In this document: in pieces, positions 9,814 to 19,719 of the stretch
How positions within the stretch are numbered: position 1 is the stretch's first letter
Layout of the letters: every line of letters begins with the position of its first letter
Source: an uncultured Chloroflexia bacterium
GTDB taxonomy: Bacteria > Chloroflexota > Limnocylindria > Limnocylindrales > CSP1-4
NCBI GenBank assembly: GCA_963833225.1
Contig: CAWHXD010000007.1
Coordinates: 512,001-576,000, forward strand
DNA: 64,000 bases
Direction of reading: 5' to 3'
Notes under the pieces: generated by a model
Database searches by the model: none
Told to the model about the DNA's origin: nothing
What the model saw: the letters and a program-made list of their open reading frames with translations, nothing else
Position numbers and translations under genes: made by a program

Positions 9814-11118
9814 ATGCCCAACCCCCTCGTCGTCATGAAGTTCGGCGGCTCGTCCGTCGCCGGCGCCGAGCGCATCAAGCGCGTCGCCCGCCGGATCGCA
9901 CGGGATCGTGCCAACGGGTCCGACCTGGTCGTGATCGTGTCCGCGATGGGCGATACCACCGACGAGCTCCTCGCCCTCGCTGCCGCGATCACCGACGAGC
10001 CGGATGCCCGCGAGCTGGACGTGCTGCTGGCCACCGGCGAGCACCAGAGCGCCACCCTGTTGTCGATGGCCCTGCAATCGATCGGCGTGCCGGCGATCAG
10101 CCTCACCGGTCCCCAGGCCGGCATCACCACCGACGGCCGCTACGGCAAGGCGCGCATCGCCGGCATCGACCCCAGGCGCGTCCGGGCAGAGCTGGCGTCG
10201 GGCAAGGTCGTGATCGTCGCGGGCTTCCAGGGGATGAGCGCGGCGGCCCTCGCGCACATGGAGATCACGCCCTCGGCGAGCGATGTCCACGGCGCCGAGA
10301 TGACGACGCTGGGCCGCGGCGGCTCGGACACCACGGCGGTCGCGCTCGCCGCCCAGCTGCGGGCGGACCGCTGCCAGATCTTCACCGACGTCAAGGGGAT
10401 CTACACCGCGGATCCGCGGATCGCCACCGAGGCGTGCCAGCTCCCGGTCGTCGGCTACGAGGAGATGATGGAGCTCGCCCACCAGGGCGCCCAGGTGATG
10501 CAGGTGCGCGCGGTCGAGCTCGGCTGGGTCAACAACGTCGTCATCGAGGTCCTCAGCTCGTTCGAGGACGCTCCCGGAACGCAGATCAGGGAGGACCCGC
10601 TCGTGGAGCAGCGGAACAAGGTCCGGGGGATCGCCCACGACCGCAACGTCGCCAAGGTCACCCTGGTGGACGTGCCCGACAAGCCGGGTGTCGCCCGCGG
10701 GGTGTTCGGCCCGCTGGCCGAGGACGGCATCAACGTGGACATGATCGTCCAGAACGTCGGCCACGGAGGCTCGACAGACCTGTCGTTCACCATCCCTCGC
10801 GTGGAGCTCGCGAAGGCCAAGCGGATCCTGGATCCCCTCGTCCGCGAGCTCGGCTTCCGCGACATGACCACGGACTCGGCGGTGGCCAAGGTGTCGATCG
10901 TCGGTGCCGGCATCCACAACGCGCCGGGTTATGCGGCGACGATGTTCGGGACGCTCGCCGATGCCGGGATCAACATCGAGATGATCTCGACATCCGAGAT
11001 CCGGATCACCACCATCATCTCGGAGGACCGGGTGGAGGAGGCGGTGCGCGCGCTCCACGCGGCCTTCCAGCTGGAGCGGCCGGAGAGCGTCGAGGCGGCC
11101 GGCGCTGCCGCGAGCTGA
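9814..11118 (+). CDS. lysC: Aspartate kinase
   Basis: VMKFGGSSV, VSAMGDTTD, TLGRGGSDTTA, two ACT domains. TAGAAT 7 nt before ATG. Confidence 0.96.
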   Translation: MPNPLVVMKFGGSSVAGAERIKRVARRIARDRANGSDLVVIVSAMGDTTDELLALAAAITDEPDARELDVLLATGEHQSATLLSMALQSIGVPAISLTGPQAGITTDGRYGKARIAGIDPRRVRAELASGKVVIVAGFQGMSAAALAHMEITPSASDVHGAEMTTLGRGGSDTTAVALAAQLRADRCQIFTDVKGIYTADPRIATEACQLPVVGYEEMMELAHQGAQVMQVRAVELGWVNNVVIEVLSSFEDAPGTQIREDPLVEQRNKVRGIAHDRNVAKVTLVDVPDKPGVARGVFGPLAEDGINVDMIVQNVGHGGSTDLSFTIPRVELAKAKRILDPLVRELGFRDMTTDSAVAKVSIVGAGIHNAPGYAATMFGTLADAGINIEMISTSEIRITTIISEDRVEEAVRALHAAFQLERPESVEAAGAAAS

Positions 11119-11128
11119 CGGCGCCAGG

Positions 11129-12034
11129 GTGGCCGACGCCGTCTCCGCCAGGGCGATCCTGAGCCGCGTCGAGCGGTTCGCGTCGATCGGCAGCACCAAC
11201 GACAAGGTCCGGGAGTGGCTGATGGACGCCGCGCCCGAGGTCTGCCTCGCCGTCGCCGATGCGCAGACGGCGGGCCGGGGACGATTCGACCGCGTCTGGA
11301 CAGCGCCCGCGGGCGCCGCGCTGCTGCTCTCGCTCGGCTTCCGGCCCACGTGGCTGGCACCCGACCGGACGTGGCGCCTGGCGGCGACCGTCGCGCTCGC
11401 GATGTGCGATGCGGCCGAGGACACGGCTGGGCTGCCGGTGGGCGCGGTCCGTCTCAAGTGGCCGAACGACCTGGTGATCGAGGTCGCCGGACCGAACGCG
11501 CTGCTGACCGGCGCGAACACCCCGGGCGAGGCCGCCGCGCGCCTCGGCGGCCCGTTGGAGCTGCGCAAGCTGGCCGGCCTCCTGGGCGAGACCGATGGCC
11601 TCGGAACGGACAGCCCGCGGGTCGTCGTGGGCATCGGCATCAACGCGGACTGGGAGCGGGTCGACTTCCCGCCCGATCTTGCGCACGCGATGACCAGCCT
11701 GCGCGAAGCGTCGGGCGGCCGCCCGATCGACCGCGAGCTGCTGCTCGAGTCGTTCCTGGACCATCTCGAGGCCCGCCTCGCTGCACTGCGGGCCGGCTTC
11801 TTCGACATCGCTGTCTGGACCTCTCGCCAGGCGACGAACGGCCGGCTGGTGACGCTCGAGGCCGGCGACGGGTCGGCATCGGAACCGCTGGTCGCCATGG
11901 GCGTGGACGCGTCGAGCGGCGCGCTCGTGCTCGAGGACGACTCCGTCAGCGGCGGCGAGCGCCATGTTCACGCCGGCGAGCTGATCCGGGTCCGCCTGGC
12001 GTCATCCGGGCAGGCACCACGGGACGGGGTGTAA
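11129..12034 (+). CDS. birA: Biotin--[acetyl-CoA-carboxylase] ligase (no N-terminal HTH)
   Basis: STND, QTAGRGR, KWPND, KLAG, VGIGIN motifs. Confidence 0.93.
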   Translation: MADAVSARAILSRVERFASIGSTNDKVREWLMDAAPEVCLAVADAQTAGRGRFDRVWTAPAGAALLLSLGFRPTWLAPDRTWRLAATVALAMCDAAEDTAGLPVGAVRLKWPNDLVIEVAGPNALLTGANTPGEAAARLGGPLELRKLAGLLGETDGLGTDSPRVVVGIGINADWERVDFPPDLAHAMTSLREASGGRPIDRELLLESFLDHLEARLAALRAGFFDIAVWTSRQATNGRLVTLEAGDGSASEPLVAMGVDASSGALVLEDDSVSGGERHVHAGELIRVRLASSGQAPRDGV

Positions 12035-12057
12035 CGACATGGCCCGCGCGGTGTTTG
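12030..12057 (+). promoter_or_regulatory. Putative ECF-type (autoregulatory) promoter
   Basis: TGTAAC then 16 nt then TGTTT immediately upstream of the ECF gene GTG at 12065. Confidence 0.35.
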
Positions 12058-12064
12058 GAAGCCA

Positions 12065-12687
12065 GTGAGCGTCAGACGGGAACCGTCGTCGTCCTCGATC
12101 GTGATCGTTTCCTCGTCGAGACCGCGCGCCGGGATCCTGCCCAGTTCGACGCCCTGTACCGGAAGTACCTCGCCCAGGTGTACAGCTTCGCCCTCTACGA
12201 GCTCGCGGACCATCACGCCGCCGAGGATGCCACCGAGCGCACGTTCCTCCGTGCGCTGGCGGCGCTTCCCCGGTTTCGCGAGCAGGCGCGCCCCGAGGAC
12301 GGCCCCGAGGCTTCCTCGTTCCGTGTCTGGCTGTTCCGGATCGCCCGCAACGTCGTGGCCAACGAGCGCCGGGCCAGGCGCCGCCGCCCGGCCGAGTCGC
12401 TGGATCTCGCCCTGGGCGCCGGCCTCGCCCTTGCGGACGGCACGGACCTCGAGGCGCAGGCCGTGACCCACGACCAGGCGTCCGAGGCGCTTCGAGCGCT
12501 CCGGGCGCTCCCCGACGACCGGCGCCGCGCCCTCACGCTGCGCTTCGTGGAGGAGATGAGCACCGCCGAGATCGCCGGGGTGCTGGGCCGGTCGGAGGGC
12601 GCCGTGCGAGTCCTGATCCACCGGGCGCTGGGCGCCGTCGCCCGCGAGCTCGGCCACGACCGCGGCTCGCGGGGGTCAGGCTCGTGA
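12065..12687 (+). CDS. ECF RNA polymerase sigma factor
   Basis: Region 2 (FDALYRKY..AEDATERTF..WLFRIARN) and region 4 (LPDDRRRALTLRF..TAEIAGVLGRSEGAVR). Start is GTG 12065 with an indel near 12090, or in-frame TTG 12055. Confidence 0.9.
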
Positions 12688-13302
12688 GCGCGCTGCGACT
12701 GCCGGACCGCGACGGAGACCAGGTTGATGCCCTGGTGGCGGATCGGTACCTCGACGCGCTTCTCGCCGCCGGCGACCGGCGCGCGCTGGACGCGCCGGCG
12801 GACGCGGCGCTGGATGCGGAGCTCCGAGACACCGCCCGCGTCCTGCGCCGCTCGCTCGTGCGTGTTCACCCCTCGTTCCGGTTCGAGGAGCGACTCGCGA
12901 ATCGCCTCTCGGACCTTGCCGCGGCCCAGGCTCGTGCCGGCTCGGCCGGCGCCGGTCGTGGAGCGACGATCCGGTTCCCGGGCGGGCCCGGGGCGGCGGA
13001 CACCGTCCTCGACGCGGACCCGCTGCTGGCGGCGATCCTTGCCGGCGACCTGGATCCCGACCGACGAGACCGCCATCGACCACGCCGGGCCGATGGGGTC
13101 TGGCCGTCGCCCGCTGCTGGTCGGCGGCGCCGCGATCACGTCGGCGGCGCTCTCGATCGTCGGCGTCGCCATCGTCGCCTGGCGCGCCTCTCGACCGGCA
13201 TCCCGGTCCGCGACGGCGGGCGCCATGGCCCGCGCCGCCCGGACCGCACACGCGCGCCGGGCCGCGGCCCTCGCCGCTGTCCTCAGCGGAGGTCATGCCT
13301 GA
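12684..13302 (+). CDS. Putative anti-sigma factor, single TM helix (frameshift near 13058)
   Basis: GTGA overlap with the sigma gene. N-terminal helical domain with PSFRFEERL; the TM segment (AITSAALSIVGVAIVAW) continues in another frame ending at 13302. Confidence 0.65.
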
Positions 13303-14154
13303 TGCCCGTCAAGTTCCCGCAGTTCCGGTCCCGCCGGGACGCGATGCCGGACAAGATGTGGACCCGATGCCCCTCCTGCGAGGAGCAGCTGTTCAACAAG
13401 CACCTCGAGAAGGCGCTCAACGTGTGCCCCTCGTGTGGGCATCATTTCCGGCTCTCCGCCCCGGTCCGCCTCGGCCAGCTGCTGGACGAGAGCACGTTCC
13501 AGGAGCGCGATCCGGGGCTGGTCAGCCTTGACCCCCTCGGGTTCACGGACCAGAAGCCGTACCCGGACCGCCTCGCCGCCGCGCAGCTCGCGACCGGCCT
13601 CAAGGACGCGGCGGTCTGGGGATACGGGACGATCGAGGGACAGCGCATCGCGATCCTGGTCATGGACTTCGGCTTCATGGGCGGCTCGATGGGGGCGGTC
13701 GTCGGGGAGAAGGTCGCGCGGGCCGCCGAGGGGGCCCTCGCCGAGCGCGTGCCGCTGGTCATCGTCTCCGCCTCGGGCGGGGCCCGGATGCAGGAAGGGA
13801 CGATGGCGCTGATGCAGCTGGCCAAGACGATGGCGGCCCTGGAGCGGCTCCGCGCCGCCGGTCTGCCGTACGTGTCCGTGATGAGCGACCCGACCACGGG
13901 CGGGGTCTTCGCCTCCTATGCCGTGATGGGCGACGTGAACCTCGCCGAGCCCAACGCCCTGATCGGCTTTGCCGGCGCGCGCGTTGGCGCCGGGACCATC
14001 GGCCAGGAGCTGCCGCCGGGCTTCCAGCGCTCCGAGTTCCTGTTCCGGCACGGCTTCGTGGACCGGATCATCGCCCGCCCCGATCTCCGGGGCGAGCTCG
14101 CCAGGATCCTTCGCTACCTCGCTCCCCAGCCAGGTGGAGGCCGGCCGTGGTTGA
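13302..14154 (+). CDS. accD: Acetyl-CoA carboxylase carboxyltransferase beta (frameshift near 14120)
   Basis: CxxC..CxxC zinc finger, FMGGSMG, SGGARMQEG, PTTGGV. Likely stop TGA 14152-14154 overlapping the accA start. Confidence 0.93.
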
Positions 14155-15172
14155 CCGTCTCCTGGGCCGCAAGGACAACGCCCCCGAGCCGGTTGCGGTC
14201 CCCGAGCCCGCCACCTCCGCCGAACGCAAGGCCGAGGTCTGGAGCCGGGTCCAGCTGGCGCGCAACCTGCGCCGCCCCCGGATCCTGGATCTGCTCGCGG
14301 TCATGGCGGACGAGTTCGTCGAACTCCACGGGGATCGCTTGTTCGGGGACGACGAGGCGATCGTGGCCGGGTTCGCGATCATCGGCGGCCACCGCGTCGC
14401 GGTCGTCGGCCAGCAGAAGGGCGCCGATACCGAGGAGAACGTCCGGCGCAACTTCGGGATGCCGCACCCGGAGGGCTACCGCAAGGCGATGCGGATCATG
14501 GAGCTCGCCGAGCGATCAGGCCTCCCGGTCGTGACGTTCGTGGACGTGCCAGGCGCACACCCGGGCGCCGAGAGCGAGGAGCGGGGGATTGCCGATGCGA
14601 TCGCCCGGTCCGTGGGTCTGATGACCCGCCTCCGGACCCCGATCGTGACCGTGATCACGGGCGAAGGGGGCTCGGGCGGCGCCCTCGCGATCGCCGTCGG
14701 CGACGTCGTCCTGGCGCTCGAAAACGCGGTGTATGCGGTCATCAGCCCCGAGGGATGCGCGAGCATCCTGTGGCGCACCACCGACGAGGCCGCCTCGGCT
14801 GCCTTCGCCATGCGCATGACCGCGCAGGACCAGCAGGTGCTGGGCGTCGTGGACCAGGTCATCGCGGAACCCGACGATGGGGCGCACACGGACCCCGTCG
14901 AGACCGGCCGGCGCCTCAAGAAGGCCGTGGTGGCCGAGCTGGATCGCCTCACGGCCATCCCCGTCGACGTGCTGCTCGACCAGCGCTATCGTCGATATCG
15001 GGCCCTTGGCCCGTACACCGAGATCGCCGCGCCACCCCAGGTCCCGCCGGCACCGCCCCGCCAGGGCTTTGCCGATCGCCTCCGCGGTCTGATCGAAGCC
15101 GGCCAGCGGGCGATGCCCGCGCCCCTGCCCGTTGGACGCCGGCAGGATCCCCCCGCGCGCGAGGACGTCTAG
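14147..15172 (+). CDS. accA: Acetyl-CoA carboxylase carboxyltransferase alpha
   Basis: ELHGDR, NFGMPHPEGYRKA, GEGGSGGALA, ISPEGCASILW. GGAGG RBS. Confidence 0.95.
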   Translation: MVDRLLGRKDNAPEPVAVPEPATSAERKAEVWSRVQLARNLRRPRILDLLAVMADEFVELHGDRLFGDDEAIVAGFAIIGGHRVAVVGQQKGADTEENVRRNFGMPHPEGYRKAMRIMELAERSGLPVVTFVDVPGAHPGAESEERGIADAIARSVGLMTRLRTPIVTVITGEGGSGGALAIAVGDVVLALENAVYAVISPEGCASILWRTTDEAASAAFAMRMTAQDQQVLGVVDQVIAEPDDGAHTDPVETGRRLKKAVVAELDRLTAIPVDVLLDQRYRRYRALGPYTEIAAPPQVPPAPPRQGFADRLRGLIEAGQRAMPAPLPVGRRQDPPAREDV

Positions 15173-15175
15173 CTC

Positions 15176-15747
15176 ATGCCCGAACCCCGTCACTCGAGCG
15201 ACCGGACCGCCGCCCAGCGGCGCGCGGATCACGAAGGCCTCGCCCGGCTGTCCGAGACGCTCGTGCCCGCGCTCATCGCCAAGCTCGACGTGTCGGGCCT
15301 CGGTGAGCTGGAGGTCCGCGAGGGCGACTGGAGGATCCGGCTGCGCCGCCCCGCGGGCACCACGCCGGCCCGACGTGAACGGCCTCGAACCGGCGCCCTG
15401 ATGGGCGGCGCTCCTGCCGCCGCCCGCACGCCCGTGGCCGGTGATCCCGTCGAGCCGCGCGATCCACACCGGGTCTCGGCCACCGCGCCGGCCGTCGGCG
15501 TGTTCCGCACCGTCGGCAAGATCGGCGGCCGCGTCCGGTTGCGGGCGACCGGATCGGCGTGGTCGATCTGCTGGGCATTCCCCAGGACGTGGCGGCACCG
15601 GTCGACGGCATCCTCGTGGAGTTCCTGGTCGAGAGCGGGGAGCCCGTCGAGTACGGCGAGGAGGTGGCGGTCGTGGCGGAGCCGGTCGTGGACCGGATCG
15701 GCGGCGACCCCGCTGGCGGCGCGACCACCGCGGACGGGGAGGGCTGA
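15176..15747 (+). CDS. BCCP-like biotinyl-domain protein lacking the biotin lysine (frameshift near 15540)
   Basis: BCCP N-terminus (LGELEVREGDWRIRL), APAVGVF, then AGDRIGVVDLLGIPQDVAAPVDG..GEPVEYG. DLLGI occupies the EAMKM position. Confidence 0.8.
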
Positions 15748-15749
15748 CG

Positions 15750-17122
15750 ATGGTCTCCCGTGTCCTGATCGCCAACCGCGGCGAGATCGCCCTGCGGATC
15801 CTGCGGGCGTGCCGGACCCTTGGCCTCGAGGCCGTGGTCGCCTACTCCGAGGCGGACCGCGCTTCACTGCCCGCGATGATCGCCGACGAGGCGATCTGCA
15901 TCGGGCCGGCTGACGCCCGCCGCTCGTATCTCTCGGCCCCCGCCATCATCTCGGCGGCCCTCGTGACGGGCTGCGACGCGATCCACCCGGGCTACGGGTT
16001 CCTGTCCGAGGACGACGCCTTCGCCGACGCCGTCCGCGCCCACGGGCTGACGTTCATCGGTCCCAGCGCCCCGGTGCTGGAGCGGTTCGCGTCCAAGGAG
16101 GAGACGCGGCGGCTGCTGGCCGCAGCACGGCCTGCCCACGATCCCTGGCTCAGGGCTCCTCGTGGACGAGCAGCAGGCGCTCGACGAGGCCGAGCGGATC
16201 GGCTACCCGGTCCTCCTCAAGCCGTCCGCCGGTGGCGGCGGCAAGGGCATGCGGATGGTCCGCTCGCCCCGCGAGCTGGCGGCGGTCCTCCCGATCTGCC
16301 GCTCCGAGGCCAGGGCAGCCTTCGGTGACGACTCGCTGTACCTCGAGAAGTGGCTCGAGGACAACAGGCACGTCGAGATCCAGGTGGCCGTGGACCGCTT
16401 CGGGCGCGGCGTCCACCTCTGGGAGCGTGACTGCTCGGTCCAGCGGCGTCACCAGAAGATCCTCGAGGAATCGCCCTCGCCGGCGATGACCGCGGCCGGC
16501 CGGGCCGAGCTCGCCGAGCGGGCCATCCGCGCCGTGGTCGCGGCCGGCTACGAGAACGTGGGCACGCTCGAGTTCCTCGTCGATGCCGAGGGCAGCGCCT
16601 TCTTCATCGAGATCAACTGCAGGATCCAGGTGGAGCATCCGGTGACCGAGATGCTGACGGGCATCGACCTCGTGGCGCTCCAGATCCGGATCGCGTCCGG
16701 CGAGCCCCTCGGCCTCACTCAGGCCGACATCCCGCAGCGCGGCCACGCGATCGAGTTCCGGATCAACGCCGAGGACCCGGAACACGACTTCCGGCCCGGC
16801 GCCGGGACCATCGAGCGGTTCAACGCGCCCGGCGGGCCGGGTGTCCGGTTCGACAGCCACGCCTATGCCGGGTACGAGGTCCCGCCCTACTACGACTCGC
16901 TGCTGGGCAAGCTGGTGGTCTGGGGTCCCACCCGGGAGGCCGCGATCGCCCGCGGCCGGGCCGCCCTCAGCGAGCTCGTGACCGACGGCGTGGTGACGAA
17001 CGCCTCGATCCATCGCGCCATCCTCGTCGTCCGAGCCGTTTCTGGAGGGCCGGTTCACCACCAACCTGCTCGACCGGATCGGCAGCGCCGCCTTCCTCGC
17101 GGCCGAGGAGCGCGCGTCGTGA
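15750..17122 (+). CDS. accC: Biotin carboxylase (frameshifts near 16125 and 17030)
   Basis: VLIANRGEIA, IHPGYGFLSE, GGGGKGMR, RDCSVQRRHQK, QVEHPVTE, YYDSLLGK. C-terminus ..FTTNLL..RAS-stop lies in a shifted frame. Confidence 0.94.
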
Positions 17123-17204
17123 GTTGCACCCCTGCACGCAACGGCGAGCCTGCCGCGTGCGCGAACCACCACACTGCCAGCTGACCCAGACCTTGGAGCC
17201 CCCC

Positions 17205-17708
17205 GTGACCGATGCCAACCCCACCAGCAACGCCTCGCCGGACGCCACGCCGCCCCTCGCCGCCCCGTTCTCCGTCAGTGATATCCAGGGCCTGATCCCG
17301 CACCGCTGGCCGTTCCTGCTGGTGGACCGGATCGTCGAGTACGAGCCGGAGGAGAAGCGGATCGTTGGCATCAAGGCCGTGACCGCGACCGAGTGGTTCT
17401 TCCAGGGGCACTTCCCGGGCCTGCCAGTCATGCCGGGTGTCATCCAGGTCGAGGCGCTGGCGCAGACGATGGCCGTCTACGTCTCCAGCCAGCCGGGCTT
17501 CGGTGACCGGATCGGGCTGTTTGCCGGGATCGACGAGGTCCGCTTCAAGCGGGTCGTGGTGCCCGGCGACACGCTCCGGCTCGAGATCACGATGGAGAAG
17601 CTGGGCAGCCGCTTTGGCAAGGGCCGGGGCGTGGCTTCGGTGAACGGGGAGGTGGCCTGCGAAGGGCTGCTGTCGTTCGTCATCCCGCCGGCCGGGGTCC
17701 TGCGGTGA
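17205..17708 (+). CDS. fabZ: 3-hydroxyacyl-ACP dehydratase
   Basis: PHRWPFLLVDR, FQGHFP..PVMPGV..EALAQ. Confidence 0.96.
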   Translation: MTDANPTSNASPDATPPLAAPFSVSDIQGLIPHRWPFLLVDRIVEYEPEEKRIVGIKAVTATEWFFQGHFPGLPVMPGVIQVEALAQTMAVYVSSQPGFGDRIGLFAGIDEVRFKRVVVPGDTLRLEITMEKLGSRFGKGRGVASVNGEVACEGLLSFVIPPAGVLR

Positions 17709-18451
17709 CCCGGATCGCGATCCTGTCCGACGTCCACGGCAACTCGGTTGCCCTGGAGGCCGTGCTCAAGGAGCTCAAGCGCGAGAAGCCGGACTTCGTG
17801 CTCGTCGCCGGCGACCTCGTCCTCAACGGGCCGGACCCCAATGGCACGATCGACGCGCTGCGCGGCCTCGAGGGCGACGGCGGGATCATCGTGTCCGGCA
17901 ATACCGACATCGCGGTCGGGGACTTCGACTACGGGTCGGCGTTTCCGCAGTACCAGGATGGCGTGCCCGACACCGTCACCGCGGCCACCGAGTGGGCGCA
18001 TGACGAGCTGGGTGACGCGCAGCTGGACTGGCTCCGGCGGCTCCCGGCGGAGCGGCGCATCCGGGCCGGTGACGACCAGCTGGTGCTCGTCGTCCACGCG
18101 TCGCCCGGGTCGCAGACGCGTGGCTTCGACCAGACGCTGGAGGCGAACATCATCTTCGAGCGCGCGGCAGCGACCGATGCCCGGGTGATCTGCGTCGGGC
18201 ACACCCACCTGCCCGAGGTGCGCGACCTGGGCTGGAAGGTGATCGTCAACGACGGCTCGGCAGGCTTCGTGTTCGACGGCGACCCGACCGCGTCGTGGGC
18301 GATGGTGACCATCGATGGCACCGAGGTGGCCGCCGAGATCCGGCGCACCGAGTTCGACGTGCTCTCCGTGGCCAACGCGATCAGCGCCCGCGGTCTGCCG
18401 GGTGACGTCTACCGCGCCGCGACGGTGCGCACGGGGAAGCTGGTCCGATGA
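17705..18451 (+). CDS. Calcineurin-like metallophosphoesterase
   Basis: SDVHGN, GDLV, GNTD, VHASP, GHTH. Overlaps fabZ and fabF by 4 nt each. Confidence 0.92.
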   Translation: MTRIAILSDVHGNSVALEAVLKELKREKPDFVLVAGDLVLNGPDPNGTIDALRGLEGDGGIIVSGNTDIAVGDFDYGSAFPQYQDGVPDTVTAATEWAHDELGDAQLDWLRRLPAERRIRAGDDQLVLVVHASPGSQTRGFDQTLEANIIFERAAATDARVICVGHTHLPEVRDLGWKVIVNDGSAGFVFDGDPTASWAMVTIDGTEVAAEIRRTEFDVLSVANAISARGLPGDVYRAATVRTGKLVR

Positions 18452-19719
18452 CCTGGCAGTGGCCGGTGCGGCCACCTCGTGTCGTGATCACCGGGATGGG
18501 CGCCGTCACGGCGCTGGGACAGGATGTGGGCTCCACCTGGGACGGGCTCGTCGCGGGCCGGTCGGGTGTCGCCCGGATCACCCAGTTCGACCCGGAGCGC
18601 GTGAGCTCGCGGATCGCGGCGGAGGTCAAGGATTTCGACCCGTCCGCCGTGCTGGACCGCAAGGACATGCGCCGGACCGACCGGTACATCCAGTTCGCGC
18701 TCGTCGCCGCTCGCCAGGCGATGGACCAGGCGGGGTTGCCCGGTCGCCTTGACGAGGCGATGGGCGTCCGGACCGGCGTCATCGTCGGGTCGGGCCTGGG
18801 CGGCGTCCACACCCTGTTCGACAACGTGCTCCTGATGGCCGGGCGCGGACCGGACCGGATCTCGCCGTTCTTCATCCCGATGGGCATCGCCAACGTGGGT
18901 GCCGGGCAGATCGCGATCGCCACCGGCGCCATCGGCCCCAACTTCGCCACCGTGTCGGCGTGCGCGTCGGGCGGCCACGCCCTGGGCGAGGCCTGGGAGA
19001 CCATCCGCCGCGGCGATGCGGACATGATGCTCGCGGGCGGCGTCGAAGCCGGCATCCACGAGGCCACGGTCGGCGGGTTCGCGTCGATGAAGGCGCTGTC
19101 GACGCGCAACGACGACCCTGAGGCCGCGTCCCGGCCCTTCGACAGGGGCCGTGACGGCTTCGTCATCGGCGAGGGCGGCGGGGTGCTGATCCTCGAGACC
19201 CTCGAGCACGCCGAGGCCCGGCATGCGGTTCCGCTCGCGGAGCTCGTGGGCTACGGGGCAACGGCGGACGCGTCGCACATCACGCTGCCGGCGCCCGGGG
19301 GGATCGGCGCGGTCCGGGCCGCCCGGCGCGCCCTCGAGAAGGCCGGCATGGACCCGGCCGAGATCGTGCACGTCAACGCCCATGCCACGTCCACCCCCGA
19401 GGGCGACAAGGCGGAGCTGCAGGCGATCCGCACGATCTTCGGGGATCACGCTCCGGCGGTCTCCGTGGCGGCCCACAAGTCCATGATCGGCCACACGCTT
19501 GGCGCGGCCGGCGCGATCGAAGCGATCGCCACGATCTGCGCGATGCGCGAGGGGTGCATCCCGCCCACGATCAACCTCGTCGACCCCGACGATCTCGCGC
19601 AAGGCCTGGACCTCACCCCCAACACCGCCGTCCGCCGGCCGGTTGCGGCCGCGATGTCCAACTCGTTCGGGTTTGGCGGGCAGAACACGGCGCTCGTCTT
19701 CCGGAGGTGGGACGGATGA
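18448..19719 (+). CDS. fabF: 3-oxoacyl-ACP synthase II
   Basis: VVITGMG, SACASG catalytic Cys, NAHATST, KSMIGH, NSFGFGGQN. Confidence 0.96.
   Translation: MTWQWPVRPPRVVITGMGAVTALGQDVGSTWDGLVAGRSGVARITQFDPERVSSRIAAEVKDFDPSAVLDRKDMRRTDRYIQFALVAARQAMDQAGLPGRLDEAMGVRTGVIVGSGLGGVHTLFDNVLLMAGRGPDRISPFFIPMGIANVGAGQIAIATGAIGPNFATVSACASGGHALGEAWETIRRGDADMMLAGGVEAGIHEATVGGFASMKALSTRNDDPEAASRPFDRGRDGFVIGEGGGVLILETLEHAEARHAVPLAELVGYGATADASHITLPAPGGIGAVRAARRALEKAGMDPAEIVHVNAHATSTPEGDKAELQAIRTIFGDHAPAVSVAAHKSMIGHTLGAAGAIEAIATICAMREGCIPPTINLVDPDDLAQGLDLTPNTAVRRPVAAAMSNSFGFGGQNTALVFRRWDG

Noticed and set aside
9322-11898. Long antisense or alternate-frame ORFs (e.g. 9322-11898, 27293-29209, 32566-34716, 39805-42267)
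   Set aside because: Shadow ORFs of well-supported genes caused by stop-codon scarcity in high-GC DNA. They are Arg/Pro/Gly-rich with no motifs.
12684-14534. 616-aa anti-sigma-AccD fusion ORF, or an AccD-AccA fusion
   Set aside because: Artefact of two indels. accD has its own GGAGG and ATG at 13302, and accA has GGAGG and GTG at 14147.
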